From Octopus vulgaris (Eukaryota): a stretch of 64,000 nt of DNA. The notes under the pieces were generated by a model. The model was not told where the DNA came from, did not search any database, and worked only from the letters and a program-made list of their open reading frames with translations. Numbering within the stretch: position 1 is the stretch's first letter; the number at the start of each line of letters is the position of its first letter. The stretch lies in assembly GCA_951406725.2 (NCBI GenBank), contig OX597830.1, positions 14,260,001 to 14,324,000 on the forward strand, in the 5' to 3' direction. The position numbers and the translations under genes are program-made. Of the stretch, positions 13,301-27,346 are shown one piece after another.

Positions 13301-13418
13301 TTTCGAGATATGAAGCGATGCATATACGCATATATGTATGTATGCATACATATAAGCCTGTGAATACGCATATCTGCACATACATTACACACACACACAT
13401 AAATGCACACACACGCAC

Positions 13419-13469
<51 letters not shown>

Positions 13470-13575
13470 ATGTATATATATTACACATATATGCATTCTT
13501 TTCTAGTTGATATTTATGTATGCGTTTATTAGCCTGTACTGTGCATGTGTATATATATATATAGTGTTAGTTATA

Positions 13576-13624
<49 letters not shown>

Positions 13625-14164
13625 AGTGTTAGTTATAATATGTACATACATGTATGTGTGTATGCATGTGTTTATACATATATGTTTGGATGAATGTGTG
13701 TATGTATACATATATATGTATATTTATATATGTATATATATATGTATGTATATATATATATATGTATGTGCATGTATGTATGTATGCACATTCTTTGATG
13801 ATTCATTCAGTTGAACTAATGGAAAGGTATTATACAAATCTGCTATTACATAAACCTTATTACATCATGCATGAGAAATGGAATTATGTTTATATTTGAG
13901 GTCTTGAAATAATAATTAAAACCATTGAATGACAACCTGGGATTTGTAGGTGAGAGTTTAGTGGATTTAGTAGACGCTTGCTATATTATATTGCTAGCTC
14001 ATTCTATGAAATCTGGACAAATAACGGGCAAAGACGAAATTCATTTAAATGTTGTGGGAAAGTTACTGAGAGCGCGGTGTCTTAATTGCTTCACTATATA
14101 TCTTCTTTGATACTAGACCTAAATAATAATAATAATAACAATAGTAGTAGTAGTAGTAGTTGTT

Positions 14165-14235
<71 letters not shown>

Positions 14236-14236
<1 letters not shown>

Positions 14237-14434
14237 AGAAATACGTAGCCGTATTTCGTCTGCCGTTACGTTCTGAGTTCAAATTCCACCGAGGTCGACT
14301 TCGCCTTTCATCCCATCGGGGTCGATAAATTAAGTACCAGTTACGCACTGGGGTCGATGTAATCGACTTAATCCGTTTGTCTGTCTGTGTTTGTCCCCCT
14401 CTGTGTTTAGCCCCTTGTGGGAAGTAAAGAAATA
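14236..14434 (+). mobile_element. MetaSINE-like SINE, 5'-truncated
   Basis: Central ccgaggtcgacttcgcctttcatcc...ggggtcgataaattaagtaccag. Tail tttgtccccctctgtgtttagccccttgtggg...aaagaaa. Many copies in the window. Confidence 0.85.
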
Positions 14435-14474
14435 GATAATAATAATACTAATAATTAGCCACGGCATCATTAGT

Positions 14475-15465
14475 CAGGGCATGCCCAGTCCTCCGCTCAG
14501 CTGCTGTTGACAGCAGATGGATCGTCTGACGAGCAGAACACGTCCCTTCCACAGAAATTGAAAGAGCAGGCGCTCCAGCCTGGTCAAGCACGAAGCAAGG
14601 CAAGGAACGGTGGTCAGACGGTAGTAGATGACAGAAGCGGTGTGCGCATTCGTCACCTCCTCCCGACCCTTCAGGGACAGCTTTCTCTCAGATTCTTTCT
14701 GGATGAGACTGACCACCCAGCTTGTCATCAGCTCCCTCACTCCAATTCTTGCCCACCTGGGGGTCCTGACCAAACAAGACCCCAAGCAATTTAACCGGTT
14801 CTTCCATCTAGCGGCCTACGACACTCTTGGATGACATGGACCTGCTTCTCCTGGTGTCGAGCTGCCGGCCCACCGACGTTTTCTGGTGAATATTTACCTC
14901 TGTCACCGCTTCGTACTCCTTTAAGGTAGTGCCAATCGTCTCGATCTCTAAGATGTACGACACCATTACGGTGACGTCGTCCGCAAGACCGACACGAACC
15001 TTCCGCTTCCTATTCACGCAGGATGCTCTTTGAAACATTAACTTTCATAGTGATTGTTCGAAAGCCAGCACATACAGAAGGGCGCGAATAGGCATCTTTG
15101 ACAGATCGAACGTGCGATACTAAATGATTCCAGTAGGTGGCCATTGAAATGATCCAGCCTCTGAAAGGGCTAAATCCTACCGCTGGGAGGACAGCCTCTA
15201 AGTATTGGTGCTTGACCGTATCAATAGCTTTTGATTAATCAAAATTGATCAGAGCCTCACACATGTAAGGTTCCTTACCTACCTTCTCTATGATGTAGTG
15301 CGTGAGATAGAAGTCGTCGTGGATAGATCTGTTTCGGACAGCGCATGTCTGTGCATCACTGACCAGCTTATAGACGAAGAGCTTGAACTTCTTGGGTAAC
15401 ACCTTGGCCAAAATCTTGTAATCTGCGTTCAGCAGAGATATAGACCTAAAATAGTCTATTTGGTC
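14475..15465 (-). pseudogene. L1/Tx1-clade LINE ORF2 reverse-transcriptase remnant
   Basis: RSISLLNADYKILAKVL, FD*SKAIDTVKH, ADDVTV, LERLLFQFLWKG...GGLGMP. Confidence 0.88.
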
Positions 15466-15539
15466 CCCCTTCTCTCTCTTTCTCTCTCTCTCTGTCTCTC
15501 TCTCTCGACATGTATTCTTTGTGACAGGTGGGCTATCAA

Positions 15540-17100
15540 TTCTTTGTTGACCCTCCTCACTAACACGAAGATTTTGTGTTTTTGTAGTTGGTTGTTACAG
15601 TTAGGTGTGTTTTCTTTTCGTGGTAGTGTTGGTGGAGCTAGTTGTTATAGCGGAAGAAGTGTTGACGATTGTGGTCCTAAAGGATTCGGTGATGCTTTAT
15701 GTATGTCTGTGGATGTTGGGATGTGTAGTCTATGTATGTATTTGTATTTAGAGGAGACGGAGAGAGGGAGAGAGTGGAAGAACTTCGTTGGGAGAGCTCC
15801 TGGGTGCTGTGTGTGTCCGTTATTATTATTTTTTCTACTGCTGAAGGTGGTGGTGCTGTATCTGCTGTTGGTTCTGTTTGTTTGTTTGTTTGTTTGTTGA
15901 GCGAAGCGGTCTTCGTCCCAGAGCTCGCAAGTAGTGGGAGAAGTCCGAAACGTGGTACTTTGCTATACGTAAGACCCGCAGAAGAGAAAGCAGGTCAATC
16001 CCCGACACCGAGAGCATCGACGGATGGATGAATGTGCATCCAGGCTCAGCGGTTGCGTATGAAGTCGGGGACAAGAAACAGGAAGAACGAGTGAGAGAAA
16101 GTTGGAGCGAAAGAGTACAGCAGGGGTCGCCACCACCTCCTGCCGGGGCCTCATGGAGCTTTAGGTGTTTTACGCTCAATAAACACACACAACGTCCGGT
16201 CTGGGAATCGAAACCGCGATCCTCCGACCGCGAGTCCGCTGCTTTAACCACGGGGCCATTGCGCCTCTGCTGCTGCTGTCACTGAGCTGCTGCCACTGTC
16301 ATCGCCGCTGTTGTTGTTGTTATTGTTGTTGTCGCTGTTGTTGATGATACAGTTGTTGCCGCCTTTGTTGTTGATCGTTACTGGTTTAGTTGTTGAGGTT
16401 TTTGTGGCTGGTGTTGTCAATATGGGGCTTCTAGGGTTCCTGTCTTCTGTTGGGGACAGAAAGCTCTCAAGTGGGATGTCTCCCCACAAAAGTAGCACTG
16501 TGACATTCTCCTCTCAACCATAACCTCCTGGAAGACGAATGAAGTCTAGGGTCTCTTGGATCGTGCCTGTTTTAATGTGGAGTAGCACCTCCACACTGAT
16601 CCCAAACCAGTTTTCACGACGGGTCCACTTTACTCCCAGGAAGCTGTTATTCTCTTCCAAAATGATAAACGCTAAAATCCACCATAAATTTACTTCAGAT
16701 AGAATTCTTAAGATTTTTATCTACACCGTTCTCCTTCTAAAATACGATTTGCTGAGCAAATATTTCCCATTTCGACAAGGCATCACAGAGGGTTTGGCGG
16801 CCAGAGCTTCAATCTTGAAGAGCATTGAAATGCCGAGAAATTGTTTTTCTCTCAGGATATACTGCATATCAAGCATTATCTTGTAGTACACCTTCCACAT
16901 CTACCTGACAAGCCGTCTCCGACCGCTTGGTGCTTAAAGATATACATTTATAAATTAGTTTTTTTCTGTGTTTCTACCAACACCTAGGTGTGGAGTGGCA
17001 ATCTCAGCCATCATTTTTTCCAGCTTTATCAGTTTGGCCGGTTTAGCCAGACATTTATCTTTCTGTAGGATGTCCATCCTGTATGGATCCATACCTGTTA
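15540..17100 (-). pseudogene. L1/Tx1 ORF1 (gag-like) remnant, interrupted by a SINE
   Basis: CCHC knuckle CYFCGETSHLRAFC at 16456-16497. Lies upstream of, and in the same orientation as, the RT remnant. The endonuclease region appears deleted. Confidence 0.7.
15877..16267 (-). mobile_element. tRNA-derived SINE (head A + tail 3)
   Basis: Head ggcgcaatggccccgtggttaaagcagcggactcgcggtc...gtttcgattccc is nearly identical to 48086. Distinct tail ending in (AAAC)n. Confidence 0.88.
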
Positions 17101-17908
17101 CAACCGTTACTGTGAATGTATTGCTATCGTCGTTGTTATTGACATTGGAAATATTGCTGCTGTTTAAGTTCCCGGGGCTACTGTTCTTTTAGACCGTTTC
17201 ACACGGGCTATATTTCCCACTCACGCCAATTTCAAACTCATTGCAAATTAGTACATTCTTCATCACCATCAAGTTCTTCATCAGATCGTCATGATGTTGG
17301 TTAGGGATTAAGTGGAGTAAAAATTTCCTCTTCTACATTTTTCTCCATAGGTACCAGACAGCAGAAAATTGCCTGCATTATTCGGGTAGAAGTTAGCGGC
17401 TGAACATCATGATGTGCATGGCTGAAAATCCGATCCAATGAAGGAATGCGTGGAACAAAAACTTTCCTTATGTTTTCAACAGCCCGGCAACCTTACCTGT
17501 ATAATTTATCCGAAACCGAAACTACGAGGTCAAGAACTTTTAGAAGTTGCTGATAATATCCGAATCATTATAGCTCGATGTAAAGCTCTCAGCAGCATTA
17601 CCATCTGTGCTACAGGTAAAGCAATGAGGTAAAAAAATAATATTTTATGGAAACAATCTTTATAGTTTCTCATAAAAGATTTGTTATTGTTTATATTATG
17701 TACAATTCCTATGTGAAGTTAATCAACTGAGGCTGGTAATTGAAACTGACGAAAGTTTGGTTAGAGTCGAAAACCCCACGACTACTGCATAGTTGCTGGC
17801 TAGTGGGAAAATTATCTGTACATACATATAAGTAATGTCAAAAATATATATATTCCTTTATACATGCACTATGTTTAAACAGACGGACTGAAAATCATAT
17901 AAATAAAT

Positions 17909-18321
17909 AGGCGCAGGAGTGGCTGTGTGGTAAGTAGCTTGCTAACCAACCACATGGTTCCGGGTTCAGTCCCACTGCGTGGCATGTTGGAAAAAGTATC
18001 TTCTACTATAGCCTCGGGCCGACCAAAGCCTTGTGAGTGGATTTGGTAGACGGAAACTGAAAGAAGCCCGTCGTATATATGTATACATATATGTGTGTGT
18101 GCGTGTATGTTTGTGTCTGTGTTTGTCCCATCCAACATCGCTTGACAACCGATGCTGGTGTGTTTATGCCCCCGTCACTTAGCGGCTCGGCAAAAGAGAC
18201 CGATAGAATAAGTACTGGGCTTACAAAGAATAAGTCCCGGGGTCGAGTTGCTCGATTAAAGGTGGTGCTCCAGCATGGCCGCAGTCAAATGACTGAAACA
18301 AGTAAAAGAGTAAAAGAGTAA
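17909..18321 (+). mobile_element. Full-length tRNA-derived SINE with an internal (TA/TG)n tract
   Basis: Head ggcgcaggagtggctgtgtggtaag...gggttcagtccc; repeated agtaaaag tail; close copy at 60623-61006. Confidence 0.9.
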
Positions 18322-19367
18322 ATAGACAGATAGTTGACAGCTGGATGTTGCTTGTATCATGGTTCGAGTTTTATATTTCAATGTCAGAAATTTTAATACC
18401 TTCAATGCCAGAAATGTTTAAATGCAATATGTGTTTAAATCTTTACATTTAATATATATTTAGCCATCATCATTGATAACTATCTGGAATTGAATGAGCT
18501 TTTAAGTTTTCTCATGAATGAATAAGTTTTAACTTCATTGAATGCGCCACTACAAGATCTTCAAATCGTTCCAATCTCATACTTTGAATTCCACACTTCC
18601 AATCTTATAGTTTGCATTTTTAAAAGTTGAAATCAAAATAAACACATTTTTCTGTAACATCTGTGATAATAGAAGCTAACCTGGGCAGGAAGAAGATGTT
18701 AAAATATTTCGCCCTCTGTTCACTTGCTTCTGATTCTTTAGAGATCTGAAAGTAGCGAATCTATCAATCTTGCATGAAAAAAAAAAAAGAATAATAAAAA
18801 CAAAAAAACAGCAACTATGTATGCAGATGATATCTTTATGAAGTCTTCTCAATTCTTTGCTACCTGTGTAACGACTTTTCACGTCCCTACCTTCCAGATC
18901 TGATTGACAGAAATTGATTTTTTTCCTTTATTAATCAAATTTACCTTATCAAGCACCAATATAACCAAATCTAATTTTTTCCACAATATTTGGGGTTTTA
19001 TTTTGTGTCATTTTTATTAAATTTCTGTTTCAATTAATTCGTTTTTAATTTATTTTTACATTATCTTTCTCTCTGGCTTCCACTCTCAACCGTTGGTTTT
19101 ACCTCCTCTTTTCTTTTTGCTTTCCTTTCAGTTATCAAGCAGAATTCTTCATCGAATAAATTGCCTAGTAATTAAATTGCTGAATGCAAAATTTTGTTAT
19201 CTACATCGATAATTAGTAATTTTCAATGAAATAATTGAAACTTGTTTGAAAACCCCCTGCCACCCACCACTCTCGGTTCGCAAGCTGCTTGTTTCTCTCG
19301 ATCTATTCATATGATATGGCATTCAAAGCATATGAAGTTACTAAAAATGTTGATGTTTTCCTCTTAC

Positions 19368-19369
<2 letters not shown>

Positions 19370-19429
<60 letters not shown>

Positions 19430-19461
19430 GTTGATTATTATTATTATTATTATTATTATTA

Positions 19462-19507
<46 letters not shown>

Positions 19508-19548
19508 TGCTGTTGTTGCTTTTAATATTATTATTTTTATTATATTAT

Positions 19549-19579
<31 letters not shown>

Positions 19580-19681
19580 TTATTATCATTATTATTATTA
19601 TTATCATTATTGTTATTGCTGTTGTTGTTTTTAATATCATTATTATTATTATTAATTTTATTATTATTATTATTATTATCA

Positions 19682-19748
<67 letters not shown>

Positions 19749-19774
19749 CATTATTATTATTATTATTATTATTA

Positions 19775-19856
<82 letters not shown>

Positions 19857-19877
19857 CATCATTATTATTATTATCAT
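19370..19877. repeat. (ATT)n microsatellite, ~500 bp
   Basis: Directly visible. Confidence 0.95.
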
Positions 19878-20454
19878 CGAAGTAGCAACAGATACATCTC
19901 TATTTTATGGAGGTTTATCTTAATTCAGTCAACAAACAGTAACTGCTTTCAGACTGAAGTAATATTATTACTTCATAAATGTGCAGCTGTCGTACGGCGG
20001 GTTTCATTCGGTTTCATTCGGTTTCTAGTCATATTTTAATAAAAGGGCCAGAATATTTCAATTGTTAATTTTAACACGCCGTTTTCATCTTGTTTGTTCA
20101 CGTTTTGTTTAGATACAACTTCATGAAACCACGTATTTATATAAATGTCGTTCTATGCGCAATGGATGTGTGGTCATATTTAATAAAGCATATTGTGATT
20201 ACAGTTCTTTCTTGACATTTCATCTTTGGATTCTATGACATTCTGTATACACATTATACTGAAATAATTGTGTTGAAATGTGGGTATTGAATGGCGTGCA
20301 AGAGTTCTCAATACATTTCTGGCATAATAAGAGAGAAGAAAAATAAGCGTTGGTTACATTTTAATGTAAAAACGCACGAAATGCTCAATTCAGTGATGCC
20401 GAGTTGATGATTAATATATTACCAGCATCGTATATGATATATCTTCTCGCAAAA

Positions 20455-21097
<643 letters not shown>

Positions 21098-21409
21098 AGT
21101 CAATTTCTTTTCTTTTCCCTTTCTCTCGCTTTATATGTATATAAATATATCTGTACAGCTATGCATGTATGTATATATGAGTAAGATGTGTATGTGTATG
21201 TCTATGTGTTTTTGCGTATATATTTATGAATGAACGAGTGATTACGTATGTTTCCAATTTTTACACAGTAGACATTCACTTTGATTCATTCTCTCGTCCA
21301 CTACATACACACTCACACACACACACACACACACACACGTGTACACACATGCATGCAGGCATAAAATATTATCATACATACACAAACACGCATATATATA
21401 TCCATAACT

Positions 21410-21487
<78 letters not shown>

Positions 21488-21800
21488 GAGCAGGCATACA
21501 CATATGAACGTTGAAATTAAATGGCTATTTACCGTTCGATCGTAGTTTACTTGTCAATAAAAATAACACAAGGAACATATATTTTAAATTCAATTATATA
21601 TTGATACGTACACACAGTCTTGTGCTTCTACATGTACGTACATACATTTATATATACACCTGACCTTGTAGGACGGTGCATACGAAGTGTATACGTTGAG
21701 TATATATATATATATTTTATAAATGTACTTCTATGTACTTACACACATAAATCTATTTCTCTCGCTCTGTCTACGTTTCTCACTTTCTTTGTTTCACTCA

Positions 21801-21868
<68 letters not shown>

Positions 21869-22074
21869 CATATATACACATGTTTATATACATACATTAT
21901 GCATATACTTAAAATATATATATATATATGTTATACATATATGCAAACACATGCGTGTGCATGTGTGTGTACATCTACATACGTTCATAAAGGTATGCAC
22001 ATACATATATACATTAGTACATGCATACCTACAGAACTACATGCATAAATTCATACATCCATGAATATACGCAG

Positions 22075-22124
<50 letters not shown>

Positions 22125-22620
22125 TGATTGGTAGGTTGTCGAGAATCTAGTGTAGAACATTCGTAGGAGTCTAAACGTTGTGTTGGTCTCTCCTCTTCAA
22201 GTGTCATTTTAAGAAGAAAGTGAAGCTAATATAACACTTACGTGAGCAATAATGGTTTCTGATTGACCGTAGAGAAGATGATATACGCTGCATCTGCTTA
22301 TTAATGTTGGCATTCCTGTGTGATTTAAGACGTTTCTACGGCATCCACGTTGCTCCGAGTTCGAGTCTGCTCTGTGACTCATTGAAAATGGATTTCAAGA
22401 ATACCTTCCCGTGCCGGAGTGAAAATTAAGTGTTTTATGCAAACACACATAGACATAAGTACGTACACAAACAGACAGACATGTACATGCATGTGTGTGT
22501 GTATGTATGTATGTATGTATGTATGTATGTATGTATGTATGTATGTATGTATGTATGTATGTATGTATGTATGTATGTATGTATGTATGTATGTATGTAT
22601 GTATGTATGTATGTATATAT

Positions 22621-22776
22621 ATTTCTTTATTACCCACAAGAGGCTAAACATAGAGGGAACAAACAAGGGCAAAGTATTAAGTCGATTATATCGACCCCAG
22701 TGCGTAACTGGTACTTAATTTATCGACCCCGAAATGATGAAAGGCAAAGTCGACCTCGGCGGAATTTGAACTCAGA
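22621..22776 (-). mobile_element. MetaSINE-like SINE fragment inserted in (TATG)n
   Basis: Homology to 14236, 39088 and 42506. Confidence 0.85.
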
Positions 22777-23318
22777 TGTATGTATATATGTATGTATGTA
22801 GGCATGCACGTATGTATGTACGTATGTATGTATGTAGGCATGCATTTGTGTGTGTATGTACGAATATATGTACATACAGTGTGGAAAAGCAAAGTGCGAT
22901 ATTCTCTCAATAACATAAAATTAGACAAACACACAGAAATACCCCCCACAGATGCACAAACAGCCGCACACATATGCACACACTGATTCGCGACCGCGCC
23001 TTTTGCAGTCACATATCCATCAATGTCAAGGAAACTCTTACGAAAGGGAACTTTAAGAACTAATCTTTTGAAATGTTTACAGTTACAGAGTTTGCTTGTC
23101 TCTTTGGTTTCAGGATTTCAATATTCCTGTAACTGTAAATCTTCGGACTATTATGCAGAAATAACATAACGTTTCTGAGGACTGGATACTAAAACGTTGT
23201 TGAGGTGAGAAAGCAGCAAAAAGGAAAAACATATATTCAGTAACGAAAAAAGGCATAGAATATTTTAAATGATTTCAAATACAGGAGGTCCCTAAATTAG
23301 ACGAACTATGAACATGCA

Positions 23319-23570
23319 CGTGGAGGTGTGTGACTTAGTGGTTAGGGTGTTGAACTCATGATCGTATGGTTGTGGTTTCGATTCCTGGACCGGACGATGC
23401 GTTGTGTTCTTGAGCAAAACATTTCATTCCACGTTGCTCCAGTCCACTCAGCTGGCAAAAGTGAGTAATCCTGCGACGGACCGGCATACCATCCAGGTGG
23501 CGAATTTCTACACCATTGAAACGGGGAAATCAGCCCTTGTTAGCCTGGCATGGCTCGAGAAGGAACATTT
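23319..23570 (+). mobile_element. tRNA-derived SINE (head B + tail 1), first of a tandem trio
   Basis: A/B-box-like head; ends ...ggcatggctcgagaaggaac. Confidence 0.85.
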
Positions 23571-23822
23571 GTGAAGGCGCGTGGCTTAGTGGTTACGGTG
23601 TCAGCATCATGATCGTAAGATTGTGGATTCGATTCCTGGACCGGGCGACGCGTTGTGTTCTTGAGCAAAACACTTCGTTTTCACGTTGCTCCAGTCCACT
23701 CAGCTGGCAAAAATGAGTAAACCTCCGACGAACCGGCGTCTCGTCCAGTTGGGAAATTTCTACGTCACTGAAACCGGGAAACCAGCCCTTATGAGCCTGG
23801 CATGGCTCGAGAAGAAACATTT
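23571..23822 (+). mobile_element. tRNA-derived SINE (head B + tail 1), second of the trio
   Basis: Diverged homologue of 23319-23570. Confidence 0.85.
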
Positions 23823-23827
23823 ATTTA

Positions 23828-24122
23828 GTGGAGGCATATGGCCTAGTGGTTAGAGCAGCGGACTGGCAGTCGAGGGATCGTGGGTTCGAAACTCAAACCG
23901 GACGATGTGTGTGTTTATGAGCGAAACACCTAAGCTCCACGCGGCTTCGGCAGAAGGTATTGGCGAACTTCTGCTGACTCTTTCGCCACAACTTTCTCTC
24001 ACTCTTTGCTCCTGCATCTTGCAGCTCACCTGTGACGGACCGGCGTCCCGTCCATGTGGGGAACCTATACACCAAGGAAATCGGGAAACCGGCCCTATGG
24101 CTCGAGAAGGAACAAACAAGGA
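23828..24122 (+). mobile_element. tRNA-derived SINE (head A + tail 1), third of the trio
   Basis: Homologous to 7011-7302. Confidence 0.85.
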
Positions 24123-24149
24123 ACATGCGCAGAAAAAGCTAAACACATG

Positions 24150-24408
24150 AAAACCGTTACTTGCAAAAGATACCTAACTTCTGTGGAACTTTACCGTTCA
24201 AATTCAAAGAAACATGATGAAAAATAGGTCATATACTATATTGAAGGATTTCAGACGAAAACCGTACCTCTTCATCGGTATGACTATCCCAGTTGATATA
24301 AATATATCTGTCCAAAAACTACCAAGCATTGAGAAAGCACACGTCATGAAACAGAAATTGGCAAAATATGCAAACTCAAGACTAAAACAATACTTGTGGT
24401 CGTACGTA
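24150..24408 (+). pseudogene. R4/Dong-type LINE endonuclease remnant, split by a mariner and a MITE (continues at 25699-25740 and 26157-26175)
   Basis: LLWNFTVQ...ILKDFRRKPYLFIGMTIPVDINISVQK...KLKTKTILVV|IRIIAKGVNYYL|RILGN matches the C-terminus of the 49393 ORF. Confidence 0.8.
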
Positions 24409-25696
24409 CGAGGGACGTTCAATAAGTAATGCCTCTGACCCACTTGCAGTTGCTTGATCTAGCTGAAATTTGGCATGTGCAATCACTTATATCTCTATAG
24501 AATAAGTAGCAAATTCCAGCTCTGAGCTAATTGTGGTTTCTGATTTACAGGTGTTTGAACCGAGTCAAGTGTGGAATGGAGCCTGTTGAGTGTCGAGCAG
24601 TGATCCGGTTTTTGTATTTGAAAGGACGCACACCACGGGAGACTTTTGATGAAATGAAAGTAACTTATGGTGATGATGCCCCATCATATGACCTTATAAA
24701 ACGCTGGCATCGTGAATTCAAACATGGTCGGAACTCTGTAGAAACAGCTCCCAGATCTGGTCGCCCCTTCTGCCATTGATGAGGCATCTGTCCGTCAAGT
24801 CGAGGCTGCCATTTTGGAAGATCGACGCATAATTATTCGCCAAATAGCCCATGAGGTCAAGATTAGTACCGGGTCTGTGGAAACTATCATTCATGACCAT
24901 TTGCATATGCAAAAGGTGTCTGCTAGATGGATTCCCAGGTTGCTCACACCTTTCCAGAAGCAAGAACGCGTCGAGTGCTCGAGGGTGAATTTGGAGATGT
25001 GCCAAGAAGATGAGTCAAAATTTTTCAAAAGACTGATTACACAGGATGAAACCTGGGTCCATCACGATGATCCAGAGACCAAAGCCCAGTCAATGCAGTG
25101 GAAGCACCGTGACTCACCCCCTCCAAAGAAGGCAAGGGTGCAGCCCTCCACTGGCAAGGTCATGCTCACAGTCTTCTGGGACCAGGACGGAGTAGTGATG
25201 ACAGATTTCTTGGCAAAGGGTACCACAATTACAGGAGCCTATTATGCTTCACTTTTGAGGAAATTAAGAGAAGTTATCAAAATCAAGAGGCGGGGCAAGA
25301 TCAGCAAAGGCATCCTCCTCCTGCAGGACAACCCTCCGGTCCACAACTCGCTTGTCGCCAGATCAGAAGCACAGGCGTGCGGCTATGAACTCCTCCCCCA
25401 CCCCTACTCTCCTCACCTTGCATCCTCTGATTTTCACCTCTTCCCAGTCATGAAGTTGTTTTTGAAAGGAAAGCGTTTCCCAGATGATGCAGCCTTGATT
25501 TCTGAAGTCACGTTCAGGTTGGAGGACCAAGCTGGGGTCTTCTACAAAAACGGTCTCCAGAGCTGCATCAAACAATGGGAGAAATGCGTAACTCTGGGTG
25601 GTTCCTATGTAGAAAAAGACTAATAACTGTGCCAAGTTTCGTTGCTCTACTTCTATGGGAAGTGGGTCAGGGGCATTACTTATTGAACGTCCCTCG
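24409..25696 (+). mobile_element. Full-length mariner (irritans-type TIR), 1288 bp
   Basis: TA TSD at 24407-8 and 25697-8. Near-perfect TIRs CGAGGGACGTTCAATAAGTAATGCCTCTGACCCACTT. Confidence 0.95.
24576..25623 (+). pseudogene. Mariner transposase with one frameshift (~24765) and a one-codon deletion
   Basis: MEPVECRAVIRFL...WIPRLL...DETW...QDN...HPYSPHLASSD. Second-to-third D spacing is 33 rather than 34. Confidence 0.92.
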
Positions 25697-25740
25697 TACC
25701 ATACGAATAATAGCAAAAGGGGTTAATTATTACCTATTTC

Positions 25741-26148
25741 GGATCTTTTCGGTTTGAACGGCAGTTTTTTCTAGCGGTGTCATATGAAATTGTTACCCAT
25801 AATTATGACCCTAGTATCGATCTATTGCATTTCAATCTATTTTAGGGTTAGGGTTATGGGTGGGAGAAGGGTATCTTTTTTCTTCAGAAATGTAAATAAA
25901 CCCAATCTGTTTCTTAAACGAGAGACATATTCATACGGCACAGAATATTGTTACCTCAATGGACGTCAGTGATTGGTTGAAATTGCAGAAATTGAAGAAA
26001 AAAGCAACAAATATCTTACAAACCATAGAATTTTCTCAATAAAGCCAACAGAAAAAGATAAACACATTCTAGCAGTATACGAAGTTTAAAATTTTTTTAG
26101 TTACCTACAAAATTATGTTAAAAACTGCCGTTCAAACCGAAAAGATCC
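25741..26148. mobile_element. MITE with GG-terminal TIRs and an 8-bp TSD (Merlin-like)
   Basis: TIR GGATCTTTTCGGTTTGAACGGCAGTTTT; TSD CCTATTTC at 25733-25740 and 26149-26156; internal TTAGGG units; second copy at 42762. Confidence 0.85.
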
Positions 26149-26444
26149 CCTATTTCGAATCTTAGGGAATCTCCAGTACTTGACTAGTATTTATGTCAAC
26201 GTCCTCGGAAGAGTAAAAGACTAAGGCGACCGTGAAGCCAGGAGAAATGCCATTAAACATTTTGTCCAGTGCGCTAACGATTCTGCTAACGATTCTGTCT
26301 AAATAAGAAAAACAAAGACAACAACAGCAGCAGCAACAATAACAACAATAATTATAATGATAATGACGATGATGATGATGATGATGACGATTTCCAGTTT
26401 TGGTACAAGTCCACCAATTTAGAAAGGAAGTGGGGTAGTCGATT

Positions 26445-26582
26445 ACGTTCTGAGTTCAAATTTCGCTGAACTTGCATTTTGGTGTTAACAAAATAAGCAC
26501 CAGTTGAGCTATAGGGTCAATGTAATGAAGCACCCTCCTCCCCACAAAATGCCAGGCTTTGTGCCTATAATAGAAGGGACTA
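26445..26582 (+). mobile_element. Decayed MetaSINE-like fragment with the alternative tail
   Basis: acgttctgagttcaaattt... ending ccaggctttgtgcctataatagaaggga(tat)n. Confidence 0.6.
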
Positions 26583-26608
26583 TTATTATTATTATTATTA
26601 TTATTACT

Positions 26609-27143
26609 ATTGAGTGAGGGAGCAGTTGATGCCAACAAAGTGACACTGGGGTAAAATATACGAAGCCCAGTATACACATCATAACTACCCGACTGATAAG
26701 GGTACACTAGGCACATGCATCATAATCTTATGTGCACAACACGGTGATCTCATATCAAGATAAACAGCACATGACCTTGCAGGTGGGGCCCAGTTAGAAT
26801 TTTCTTCTGGTCAAGTAACCCATCCCGCTCAAAAGGTCCCTGAATAAGGGTGGTTTAAGCATGTTGAACGAATCACCCGTGTTTCCAGAGGTGAATTATT
26901 CAAACCCCAAAGAATCCCTCTCAACATATGGCTATGATGCTCCCCCACTACTTCTGCTCGAGATCAGAGATGCACATATCGTCAGCCACTAAGGGACATG
27001 CTCAACTGGTTAAGGTCAAACAACTGACAAGCAAATCTGTGACATTGAGCAGAATATTTGCTGTAACCCATCTTTTATACCAAGACAAAACAATGTACAT
27101 GATAACACTTCCAATCTGTTAAGATCAGAAGACATGAGAGTCA
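26609..27143 (-). mobile_element. ~530-bp non-coding retroposon embedded in (TAA)n, probably Dong-related
   Basis: Homologous to 54658-55185 and 53568-53708; (TAA)n on both sides. Confidence 0.8.
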
Positions 27144-27238
<95 letters not shown>

Positions 27239-27267
27239 CGTTATCATTATTATTATTATTATTATTA

Positions 27268-27301
<34 letters not shown>

Positions 27302-27315
27302 CATTATTATTATTA

Positions 27316-27346
<31 letters not shown>

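Noticed and set aside
16200-16267. tRNA genes at SINE heads (also 17909, 23571, 48086)
   Set aside because: No complete cloverleaf, and each continues into a repeated SINE body.
17744-17780. CTGACGA...GAAA motif (similar cases at ~30094, ~32252, ~9945 minus and ~55015 minus)
   Set aside because: No closing stem II or stem I, so consistent with chance.
24576-25623. Domesticated SETMAR-like host gene
   Set aside because: Intact TIRs and TA TSD, a frameshift and no SET exon indicate an ordinary transposon copy.
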